From positions 1 to 40,821 of the forward strand of contig JAYEOW010000026.1 of the NCBI GenBank assembly GCA_034723395.1: 40,821 nucleotides of DNA. Direction: 5' to 3'. The position numbers and the translations under genes are program-made. Source of the stretch: Candidatus Margulisiibacteriota bacterium (lineage in GTDB: Bacteria > Margulisbacteria > WOR-1 > O2-12-FULL-45-9). Below the pieces are notes generated by a model. That model was not told the origin of the DNA. It saw only the letters and a program-made list of their open reading frames with translations, and made no database searches. Positions 31,268 to 40,012 of this stretch are shown piece after piece (position 1 is the first letter of the stretch; every line of letters starts with the position of its first letter).

Positions 31268-32641
31268 ATGATCAAGAGAATAATTCATCATTTTCAAAGA
31301 GAGAGAGATTTGACTGCGGGCTCGATCTCAAAAGCGATCTGGATCCTGGCAATTCCGATGATTATCAGCAACGTTTTTCAATCCGCTTTTAACCTGGTTG
31401 ATATGGCTTTCGTCGGACGATTAGGCCCGGTCGCTTTAGCGGCGGTCGCGATGAGCGGCCAGATCATCATGATCCTGATGTTTCTAATGATCGGGATCGG
31501 CGCGGGGACGACCGCCCTGATCTCCCGGGCGATCGGAGAGAAAAATAAGGATAAAGCGAATAATGTCGCCATGCAGTCGATCATCTTGGTCTTTATCGGC
31601 TCGATCATCTTTGGAGTTGCCGGTTTTCTTCTATCACCGTGGATGCTAAAGATCCTGGGAGCAAGTGCCGAAGTAATTCAAGTCGGGACCGGTTACTTGC
31701 AGATTACCTTCGGAGGGATCATCGTATTGGTCTATATGTTCTCGATCGCCTCAATCCTGCATGGGGCCGGCGATGCGACCACGCCAATGCTTATTTTGGG
31801 GCTTTCTACTATATTAAATATAGTCCTCGATCCTCTACTGATATTCGGGATCGGGATCTTTCCCCGGCTCGGAGTAAATGGCGCCGCCTGGGCGACCGTT
31901 TTTTCGCGCGGGATCGGCGCGGTGATCGCTCTGGAGGTATTGCTTCGGGGAAGATCGCGCGTGCACGTACGGATAAAAGATTTAAAAGTTCATCTGGATA
32001 CAATGTGGAGGATATTAAAGATCGGTATTCCGGCATCGGCGCAGATGACGCTCCGGGGATTAGTAGGGATAGCCTTGATCGCGGTTGTTGCCGGTTTTGG
32101 TACCACTGCTATAGCCGCTTATGGGGTAGGGATCAGCCTTTTTATGGTGGCGATGATGCCGGGTTTTGCGATGGGGATGGCGGCGCAGACACTGGTTGGC
32201 CAGAACCTGGGAGCGAGGCAGCCGGAGCGGGCGTCGCGCAGTGCCTGGACGACCGTAGCATACTATTCTATCTTTATGATGACAGTGGCCTTTGTGTTTG
32301 TAGCTTTAGCGCCCAATTTGATTATGATCTTTAACGAAGATCCGGAGGTTATAAGGATGGGGACAAGCTTTTTACAAATAACTGCCTGGGGATATGTCTT
32401 TATCGCCTTTTCACTAATATTCAACCGTTCTTTATCCGGGGCAGGAGATACCATGTCTCCATTAATCTTTACTTTTATTGCCCTCTGGCTGGTCCAGATT
32501 CCGCTGGCGATATTTTTATCACGGATCCCCAGGTTTGGAGTGGAGGGGATCTGGTTTGCGGTGCTGGCAGCGTACGTTGTCCAGGCGATTATTACTACGG
32601 CATGGTTTCAAACTGGCCGTTGGAAACTAAAAAAGGTATGA
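31268..32641 (+). CDS. MATE family efflux transporter
   Basis: LAIP, VD.AFVGRLG..ALAAV, GAGD..TP, NIVLDPLLIFG, GQNLGA; about 12 hydrophobic segments. Confidence 0.95.
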   Translation: MIKRIIHHFQRERDLTAGSISKAIWILAIPMIISNVFQSAFNLVDMAFVGRLGPVALAAVAMSGQIIMILMFLMIGIGAGTTALISRAIGEKNKDKANNVAMQSIILVFIGSIIFGVAGFLLSPWMLKILGASAEVIQVGTGYLQITFGGIIVLVYMFSIASILHGAGDATTPMLILGLSTILNIVLDPLLIFGIGIFPRLGVNGAAWATVFSRGIGAVIALEVLLRGRSRVHVRIKDLKVHLDTMWRILKIGIPASAQMTLRGLVGIALIAVVAGFGTTAIAAYGVGISLFMVAMMPGFAMGMAAQTLVGQNLGARQPERASRSAWTTVAYYSIFMMTVAFVFVALAPNLIMIFNEDPEVIRMGTSFLQITAWGYVFIAFSLIFNRSLSGAGDTMSPLIFTFIALWLVQIPLAIFLSRIPRFGVEGIWFAVLAAYVVQAIITTAWFQTGRWKLKKV

Positions 32642-33216
32642 ATAATAAGTTATTTAAAGCTTTTTTCGGAGTAGAACCAAAATCGGTTAGAGGAACAGTA
32701 GTCATCTCCCCGATAATCTATCCAAAGCAGTTTGAGGCGGAATTCGGGGAGAAGGGGAATCATTATAAATCAGTCCTCAGTTACCTGGTCGCGAACTTTA
32801 AGAACCTGACCTTTATTAAAACGCCGATGACCCAAAGTGCGGTTCATGATCTGATCGTTCTATTAAAAGGATCAAAATGCAAAAATATTATATTTATCGG
32901 CGCGATTGGCGGGATTGCTAAAGGCTTGAAGATCGGAGATGTTGTCCTTCCTGATAAAGCAAAAGAGATTTGCTCTTTAAAATCGATCCATGACGAAACC
33001 AGAACGAATATGGTTGTTCTGAGGAAAAAAGGAGTGATCGGGATAGATTTTGAGGCACAATCTTTCTATAAAGCAGCGAGAAAAGTAAATATCTTCGCCG
33101 GTTCAGCTTTTATTGTTACCGACCTCCCGCTAACCAAACCTTTTTATCAGACAAAGACACAAAAAGAGAGAGAAAAGATAAAAAAGGCGGTAAAGTTTAT
33201 TGTCCACTCAATCTGA
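32638..33216 (+). CDS. Nucleoside phosphorylase-like (PNP/UDP family) protein
   Basis: IIFIGAIGG....LKIGDVV, GIDFEA, VTD; ATGA overlap with the MATE gene. Confidence 0.65.
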   Translation: MNNKLFKAFFGVEPKSVRGTVVISPIIYPKQFEAEFGEKGNHYKSVLSYLVANFKNLTFIKTPMTQSAVHDLIVLLKGSKCKNIIFIGAIGGIAKGLKIGDVVLPDKAKEICSLKSIHDETRTNMVVLRKKGVIGIDFEAQSFYKAARKVNIFAGSAFIVTDLPLTKPFYQTKTQKEREKIKKAVKFIVHSI

Positions 33217-34165
33217 AAAGAAGATAAAGTATATAAAAAAAGTAAAGCGGCCTGTGGTCCGTCCCTGTCCCTGTGCCGTCGGGCACATTTCTTGTAATTA
33301 TGTCAATATCAGCCATATTCTCGGCTGCCCATATAACTGCAGCTACTGTTTTCTCCACACCTTCTATGGTAAGGACGAGATCGTTGTTTATGATAATGAA
33401 GAAGATATCCTAAATCAGCTTTCGGCATATATGAAATCGGCCAAGGAGCCTTTAAGGATCGGGACTGGGCAATATTCTGATAGTTTAGCATTGGATAAAA
33501 AGGTCCCGTTTGCCCAGAAGCTAATAGAATTCTTTGCCGGTCAAGATAAACATCTACTGGAACTCAAGACTAAAAGTGCCGAAGTTGATCATCTTCTTAA
33601 TCAAAATCTAAACCATAACTGCAAGTCGATCTTCGCCTGGTCAGTCAATCCGGAGAAGATAGTTAAAAGCGATGAGGAGGGATCAGTCCCGCTGGCTGAA
33701 AGAATTAACGCAGCCAAGCGATGTTCAGCTGCTGGCTATCCGGTCGCTTTCCACTTTGATCCGATCATTCACTATTCTGGATGGGAGGAAGATTATAAAG
33801 GAGTGATAGATCTTATATTTTCAAATATCGATCCAGAAAATATTGCCTGGATAAGTTTAGGAGCGCTTCGCTCACCTCCGGAGCTAAAAGATATTATTAA
33901 GAAACGTTTTTTCCATTCTTGTATCACCTGGGAGGAAATGGAGCTGGGAGAGGATGGGAAGATCAGGTATTTTAAGCCGATCAGGATAGAGATATTTAAA
34001 CGGATGCATGAAATTATCCGGTCGTACTCACGAGATGTATATGTATATTTATGCATGGAAAGGATTGAGGTTTGGAATGAGTCTGGTTTAAATAATATGG
34101 AGAAGCATCCTTATGCCGGTTTTTTTAAGTTTTTTAGGAAGAGGTGTTATAATAGAAAGGCATGA
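33200..34165 (+). CDS. Spore photoproduct lyase-like radical SAM protein
   Basis: GCPYNCSYC CxxxCxxC motif, RIGTG..SDSLA, ELKTKS, FHFDPII, GKIRY, YLCME. Confidence 0.85.
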   Translation: MSTQSEKKIKYIKKVKRPVVRPCPCAVGHISCNYVNISHILGCPYNCSYCFLHTFYGKDEIVVYDNEEDILNQLSAYMKSAKEPLRIGTGQYSDSLALDKKVPFAQKLIEFFAGQDKHLLELKTKSAEVDHLLNQNLNHNCKSIFAWSVNPEKIVKSDEEGSVPLAERINAAKRCSAAGYPVAFHFDPIIHYSGWEEDYKGVIDLIFSNIDPENIAWISLGALRSPPELKDIIKKRFFHSCITWEEMELGEDGKIRYFKPIRIEIFKRMHEIIRSYSRDVYVYLCMERIEVWNESGLNNMEKHPYAGFFKFFRKRCYNRKA

Positions 34166-34845
34166 GCAAGGTCCTTATAATTGAAGATGAAAAAGATATC
34201 GTTGAAGCGCTTGAGTATAATCTCAAGAAGGAAAATTATTCTGTCTCAAAAGCTAACGATGGAAAGCGGGGGTTAAAAGTCGCCCGCGAAAAATTACCCG
34301 ATCTAATTATCCTCGACCTAATGCTCCCGGTGATCGAAGGCCTTGAAGTATGTAAGATCCTTAAGAAAGAGATGTCCACAAGGAACATTCCGATTATCAT
34401 GCTTACTGCTAAAAGCGCCGAATTGGACAAAGTGTTGGGATTGGAACTTGGGGCGGACGATTATATGACCAAACCATTTAGCATACGCGAGCTTATCGCC
34501 CGGGTCAAAACTATCCTTAAAAGATATGGATCAAAAGAATTGTCCAAAAATCCGGTCTTGAGGTTTTCGGATCTGGAAATCGATATTGAAAAACACGAAA
34601 TAAAAGCTGCCGGGAAGCCGATCGAACTTACCGCTAAAGAATTTACTCTGCTCCAATATCTCGCCGAAAATAAAGATAAAGCTATCGGCCGTGATAAACT
34701 GCTCGATCAGGTATGGGGGATAGAAGTGGCGATCGAGACTCGCACGGTGGATGTCCACGTTACCCGCTTGCGGGAGAAACTAGGGAAAAAAGCCGGCAAA
34801 CATATCCAAACCCTGCGGGGGGTCGGCTATAAATTTAAAGAATAA
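34162..34845 (+). CDS. phoB: OmpR/PhoB-family response regulator
   Basis: IIEDE, ILDLMLP, MLTAK, GADDY..KPF, RTVDVH..RLR; adjacent to phoR and pst genes. Confidence 0.85.
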   Translation: MSKVLIIEDEKDIVEALEYNLKKENYSVSKANDGKRGLKVAREKLPDLIILDLMLPVIEGLEVCKILKKEMSTRNIPIIMLTAKSAELDKVLGLELGADDYMTKPFSIRELIARVKTILKRYGSKELSKNPVLRFSDLEIDIEKHEIKAAGKPIELTAKEFTLLQYLAENKDKAIGRDKLLDQVWGIEVAIETRTVDVHVTRLREKLGKKAGKHIQTLRGVGYKFKE

Positions 34846-36614
34846 TGTTTAAGACATTAAAATCCGTGCTTTTTATTACATTTATCGGCCTGGTCATTCT
34901 GGTTCTTTTGATTTTTGCTATTTTAGCGACCCCGCGTATCCGCGCCGCGGCGATCAACCAGATCAGCAGTGAATTGTTTAAACAAATAGCGCTAGAAGAG
35001 GGCAAATATACAGATATTTTGGAGAAACGATTAAATAGCTCTGTGTTACAAAAAAATGTAATTACAACAGGGAAGTTATCTGGCGGCAGAGTAACGATTA
35101 TCGCAAAAGATGGGAAAGTTTTGGCAGATTCTGCCACCCCTTTTGCTAAAATAAGTGAATTAGAAAATCATGCCGATCGCCCTGAGGTTGTTCAGGCAGA
35201 GAGAGAGGGGAGGGGGAGGTCGATCCGTTTTAGCGCGACGCTGGGGAAGAACTTAATTTATGTTGCTGTGCCAATCAAAGATTTAGGTTATCTTCGGCTT
35301 TCTATTCCGGCCACTTATGCAACTGATCTGGTAATCAATATCCAAAAATCGATGGCGGTCGCGTTCGCAGCCGCGCTAATAACCGCAATCATTTTAAGCA
35401 TGATGTTTTCACGGTGGTTCGCAGACCCGATCATCCGGCTTTCAGAAATATCAAAGAAAATTGCTGATGGGAAGTATCCGCAGACGATTGTTAGAAAATC
35501 AGGGTTTGAGATCGGTAAGCTTGAAGAATCGATCGAGCAGATGAGCTATCGTTTGGCAGGCGCTTTCCGCGATCTAAAAATGGAACAGGGGCAGATCATT
35601 ACGATCCTCTCCAGTATGTCGGAGGGGGTGCTGGCGGTGGGAAGCGATGGGAAGTTAATAATCGCGAACCCCGTTATTGAAAAGATGTTTGAAGTGATCG
35701 AACCCGAAATAGTCGGCAAGAGGGTTAGGGAGGGGATACGCAATAATGAGATAGCGGACCTGATCGAAGAGACATTGAAAACGAGCCGGGCGGTGAACAG
35801 GGAGATAAATTTGATTTCTCCTGAAGAGAGGTCGGTTGTGGCGCACGCCAGCCCGATCCGAACCGATGAAGGGGATCTGTTGGGAGTTGTTTGCGTGCTT
35901 TATGATGTTACAGAAATGAGAAGGCTTGAACAATACCGATCTGAATTTGTGGCAAATGTTTCGCATGAACTAAAAACCCCGTTGACCTCAATCCGTAATT
36001 ACGTTGAGACTTTAATAAACGGGGGGATTGAGGATAAAAAGAATAATATGCAGTTTTTACAAAAAATCGACAAGCATGCGATCAACCTTTCCGCACTAAT
36101 TGATGACATCCTTGAAATATCCCGGCTCGAATCCAAGAGGGGATTGGGGCCTTTTGTGAAGATAGATATCGGGAAGATAGTTAACCGAACAGTAGAGACG
36201 GTTTCGGAGAAAGCGAAGAAGAAAAGGGTTGAACTGGTTGTGAACTGTAAAATTAATGGGTGTTTTATCTCAGGGATAGAAGACCATGTTTACCGGGCAG
36301 TCCTTAACTTGCTGGATAATGCGATAAATTATACGGATGCCGGCGGGAAAGTAGAGGTCTCTTGCCGCAGGGATGGGGAAACGATTAAGATCGTAGTTTT
36401 AGATACCGGGATTGGAATCCCTAAAGAGCATCAATCACGTATTTTCGAGAGATTCTATCGGATAGATAAAGTCAGATCGCGAGATGAAGGGGGGACCGGA
36501 CTAGGGCTCTCCATTGTAAAGCATGTGGTTAATATCCATAATGGGACCATCTTGGTAGAAAGCGATATAAATATGGGATCAAAATTTACGCTTACTTTTT
36601 CCCTGCCCGCATAA
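34845..36614 (+). CDS. phoR: PhoR-like sensor histidine kinase (TM, HAMP, PAS, HisKA, HATPase)
   Basis: ENHADRPEV, FVANVSHELKTPLTSI, NLLDNAINY, IFERFYRIDK.RSR..GGTGLGLSI. Confidence 0.88.
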   Translation: MFKTLKSVLFITFIGLVILVLLIFAILATPRIRAAAINQISSELFKQIALEEGKYTDILEKRLNSSVLQKNVITTGKLSGGRVTIIAKDGKVLADSATPFAKISELENHADRPEVVQAEREGRGRSIRFSATLGKNLIYVAVPIKDLGYLRLSIPATYATDLVINIQKSMAVAFAAALITAIILSMMFSRWFADPIIRLSEISKKIADGKYPQTIVRKSGFEIGKLEESIEQMSYRLAGAFRDLKMEQGQIITILSSMSEGVLAVGSDGKLIIANPVIEKMFEVIEPEIVGKRVREGIRNNEIADLIEETLKTSRAVNREINLISPEERSVVAHASPIRTDEGDLLGVVCVLYDVTEMRRLEQYRSEFVANVSHELKTPLTSIRNYVETLINGGIEDKKNNMQFLQKIDKHAINLSALIDDILEISRLESKRGLGPFVKIDIGKIVNRTVETVSEKAKKKRVELVVNCKINGCFISGIEDHVYRAVLNLLDNAINYTDAGGKVEVSCRRDGETIKIVVLDTGIGIPKEHQSRIFERFYRIDKVRSRDEGGTGLGLSIVKHVVNIHNGTILVESDINMGSKFTLTFSLPA

Positions 36615-36632
36615 TTGAACCAGCCTAAAAGA

Positions 36633-36686
36633 TTTACACTCCTGTAACACTCCTTTCATCAAACCTTAATCACCCTTTGGGATAAT
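36633..36686 (+). promoter_or_regulatory. Pho-box-like direct-repeat array plus -10 element
   Basis: TTTACA (36633), GTAACA (36644), TTTCAT (36654), CTTAAT (36665) at 10-11 bp spacing. ACACTCCT is repeated exactly 11 bp apart. GATAAT at 36681-86. Confidence 0.7.
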
Positions 36687-36762
36687 TCTATCCGAAGAAG
36701 GTTGTGGAGGTGATAGGCGCAGATAAATAAAGATCGAGTTTGTTGACGATAAGGAGGGAAAA

Positions 36763-38100
36763 ATGAAAAAAGTATTAGTTTTTATAATGTTTTTGTTGTT
36801 TACGTTCGCGGTCCTGTCGCCGGTTGCTAATGCTGCAAGCCTGGAAAAAGTAAAGGCCTACGCGCAGTCTCTGGAAGTAAAATTAGCGGAATCCAAAGCA
36901 CAGGGGGATACTAATCGCGTAAATTTATTGGAGGGGCTGATTAATGACGCTAAATCCAGGATCGTAAAAATGGAAAAGGCTGGCAAGACGAAAGAAGACG
37001 GGAAAAAAGTTGAAGGGTTAGAGAAAGGCAATCATGCATTGCAGAAGCAGATAGACGAATTGAAAGAAGAAGTGACCGATGCAATTGCCGCCCTAAATAG
37101 TCAGATCAAGGGAACAGATAAGGTCGCTAACAAAGGGGCGACAGTTGCCGGCCGGGCCTATATCTATTACCAGAAAGACCTGTTAGATGACTCAGTTAAC
37201 AAATTTGATATCAGCCGTGTGTACCTGGATTATAAAAAGAAATTAAACCAGGATACCGCCGTCAGGTTTACTACTGATATAGGCAGGGAGACATATGTTG
37301 AAGCTGTAGATTTTTCCGGCCAGGATGTTGATACCGATACCCGCATGCAGGTTTACCTTAAGTATGCATACTTTGATATTGGGGGATTAAATGTCCCGTA
37401 TATCGGGCTGCAAACTCTCCGGGTTGGCCAATCTGCTACCCATTGGATCGATTTTATGCAGAAAAACTGGAAGTTCCGCTATGTTGCGAAAACCATGACT
37501 GATAAGTATAAACTATTCAGCTCTGCGGATCTTGGTTTGGCCGCTTTAGGGACACTTGATTTTGCCGATTTTGAAATTCCTTATCTTAACAAGGTCAGCT
37601 ATCATGCGCTCCTCATGAACGGTTCGGGATACAAGAAAGCCGAATCAAACGGAGGCAAGGATATCGGCTTAACCCTTAAGACCGAACCGGTGCGCTGGGG
37701 CAAAAAGGATTACATAACAACTGCGGTTGGTTTTTTAGTTGAAGATGTTCCACTAAGCAGTTTAGATACCAGCGGGCTTGCCAAAAAAGCAACCGCCATG
37801 GTCTCTTACGCTTTTAGCAAGCCGGCTAAAGGAATTGCCTACGCCGAATATGCTAATCAGTTAGAAAGCACCAATGGTGGGCTTTCTGTTGGTGGGCAAT
37901 ATCAAGTGTGTCAGGATACCAATGCTTTCGCCCGCATCGATAATTATAAGAAATCTGGCAGCGACTATGTCTTGCGGATCGCGGGCGTGGAATATAATTG
38001 GGGCAAAAACGTCAAGCTCGCGCTGGATTATCAGCATGAGACCAAGAACAGCGCGGACAATTCTAAAAAGGTCGCGATCCATACCCGGATTAAATGGTAG
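36763..38100 (+). CDS. Putative phosphate-starvation outer-membrane porin with N-terminal coiled coil
   Basis: Signal peptide (ANA|A), coiled-coil segment, F.I.R.YL and YLKYAY strands, C-terminal Trp; first gene after the Pho boxes. Confidence 0.7.
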   Translation: MKKVLVFIMFLLFTFAVLSPVANAASLEKVKAYAQSLEVKLAESKAQGDTNRVNLLEGLINDAKSRIVKMEKAGKTKEDGKKVEGLEKGNHALQKQIDELKEEVTDAIAALNSQIKGTDKVANKGATVAGRAYIYYQKDLLDDSVNKFDISRVYLDYKKKLNQDTAVRFTTDIGRETYVEAVDFSGQDVDTDTRMQVYLKYAYFDIGGLNVPYIGLQTLRVGQSATHWIDFMQKNWKFRYVAKTMTDKYKLFSSADLGLAALGTLDFADFEIPYLNKVSYHALLMNGSGYKKAESNGGKDIGLTLKTEPVRWGKKDYITTAVGFLVEDVPLSSLDTSGLAKKATAMVSYAFSKPAKGIAYAEYANQLESTNGGLSVGGQYQVCQDTNAFARIDNYKKSGSDYVLRIAGVEYNWGKNVKLALDYQHETKNSADNSKKVAIHTRIKW

Positions 38101-38112
38101 GAGGGAATTAAA

Positions 38113-39147
38113 ATGTTAAAGAAATTAATTGTGTTATCGGTAGCCGCGATGTTAATGATCGGCGCTGCTTCTGCCGCGGTATTAAATGGGGCAGGGGCCA
38201 CTTTCCCGTATCCGATCTATATGAAATGGAACAAGATCTTTTCGCAGAAGACGGGGATCAAGGTTAATTATCAGGGGATCGGTTCAGGAGGAGGGATTCG
38301 CCAATTTACCGTAGGGATCACCGATTATGGCGGTTCGGATGCCCCGATGACGGATAAACAGATTGCAAAGGCGTGTAAAAATGGAGGAGAAAGTGTTTAC
38401 CATATTCCAACTGTGATGGGAGCAGTTGCAATTGCTTATAACCTTCCGGGGATTGATCTTCGTTTGGATTTGGAAACCATGGTTGACATATTTATGGGAA
38501 AGATCAAGAAATGGGACGATCCGGCGATCGCCGAATTAAATCCAAATGAGGATCTCCCTAATAAAAATATTACGGTTGTCCACCGTAGTGATGGAAGCGG
38601 GACTACCAGTATTTTTACCACTTATATGGCTAGAAGTATGAAATGGGCGGCTGAAGTTGGAAAAGGGAAGGCGGTTGCCTGGCCGGCCGGATTAGGCGGA
38701 AAAGGGAATGCCGGGGTTGCCGGGTTGATCAGTACAAATCCGGGCGCTATCGGTTATGCCGAGCTTTCTTATGCGATAAAAAATGACCTGCCGGTCATAG
38801 CATTGAAGAATAAAGCTGGGAAATTTATAAAGCCGACCATCGATTCTACCTCTGCCGCGGCGGCGGGGGCGCTTAAGTCTAAAAAGCTTAAAAAAATGGT
38901 AAATGCGGGGGATTTCCGCCTCAACCTTACAAATGCGCCAGGCGATAGGTCGTATCCAATTGTGGGGATGACCTGGCTTTTGGTCCATAAGGTGCAGAAG
39001 AATCCGGCCAAAGGGAAACTACTAGTAAAATATCTGAACTGGATATTAACCGACGGGCAAAAGTACGCGTCAGAGCTGCTTTATGCTCCGCTGCCAAAGC
39101 CGGTGCGGGAAAAAGTATTGGATGTGGTAGGAAATATTGAAACGTAA
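38113..39147 (+). CDS. pstS: Phosphate ABC transporter substrate-binding protein
   Basis: GAGATFPYP, GSGGG, GSDAP, RSDGSGTT, GGKGN.GV, YPI. Confidence 0.97.
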   Translation: MLKKLIVLSVAAMLMIGAASAAVLNGAGATFPYPIYMKWNKIFSQKTGIKVNYQGIGSGGGIRQFTVGITDYGGSDAPMTDKQIAKACKNGGESVYHIPTVMGAVAIAYNLPGIDLRLDLETMVDIFMGKIKKWDDPAIAELNPNEDLPNKNITVVHRSDGSGTTSIFTTYMARSMKWAAEVGKGKAVAWPAGLGGKGNAGVAGLISTNPGAIGYAELSYAIKNDLPVIALKNKAGKFIKPTIDSTSAAAAGALKSKKLKKMVNAGDFRLNLTNAPGDRSYPIVGMTWLLVHKVQKNPAKGKLLVKYLNWILTDGQKYASELLYAPLPKPVREKVLDVVGNIET

Positions 39148-40012
39148 TATTCAAGGGGATGGCTGGTTTAGAAATTTCACCTTCTTCTTTGCGGCCAGCA
39201 TCCCCTTGTTCCTTTTAGCGCTGGTTATTATTTTAATTGATCAGTCGCGGCTTTCATTTAGTGAGTTTGGATGGGGATTCCTGTTTAGCTCTGCCTGGGA
39301 TCCGCTTAAAGATGTTTACGGTGCGCTCCCTTTTATTTACGGGACAATTGTCTCCTCGCTGATCGCCCTATTGATTGCTGTTCCGTTGGGCTTGGGGTGC
39401 GCAATTTATCTTTCCGAGGTTTCCCAATCAAGGTTTAAAGAATATCTTGCGGTAATGGTTGAACTACTGGCGGCGATCCCGTCAGTCGTCTACGGTTTGT
39501 GGGGAATATTTGTTCTCGGCCCATGGTTGGGAAGACTGTTCCTAGGTGCTTTTTCCGGGCCGAGCATGCTTACCGGCGGCGTTATTTTAGCGATCATGAT
39601 CCTGCCGACGATCACCGCAATTTCGAGAGAGGTTTTTCAGTCGGTGCCCAACAGCTTGCGGGAATCGGCCTGCGCTCTAGGAGCTACAAAATGGGAGGGT
39701 TTTAAGCTGGCTGTTTTTGGGCCGGCAAAATCGGGAATTATAGGGTCAATAATCTTGGGGCTTGGCCGTGCTTTGGGGGAAACGATGGCGGTTACAATGG
39801 TGATCGGCAATACGCCCAGGATCTCCCCGTCACTTTTTGCCCCGGCTTATACAATAGCCTCGGTTATCGCGAACGAATTTGCCGAAGCGGTATCGGATGT
39901 TAATTTATCAGCATTGATCGAATTAGCGTTGGTCTTGTTGGTCATGACAATTATAGTTAATGGTTTTGCGAGATTTATAGTATGGAAAACATCGATCAGA
40001 TACGGAAGATAA
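39137..40012 (+). CDS. pstC: Phosphate ABC transporter permease
   Basis: ELLAAIPSVVYGLWG, ALGATKWE, LGRALGETMAV, IANEF. Confidence 0.96.
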   Translation: MKRNIQGDGWFRNFTFFFAASIPLFLLALVIILIDQSRLSFSEFGWGFLFSSAWDPLKDVYGALPFIYGTIVSSLIALLIAVPLGLGCAIYLSEVSQSRFKEYLAVMVELLAAIPSVVYGLWGIFVLGPWLGRLFLGAFSGPSMLTGGVILAIMILPTITAISREVFQSVPNSLRESACALGATKWEGFKLAVFGPAKSGIIGSIILGLGRALGETMAVTMVIGNTPRISPSLFAPAYTIASVIANEFAEAVSDVNLSALIELALVLLVMTIIVNGFARFIVWKTSIRYGR

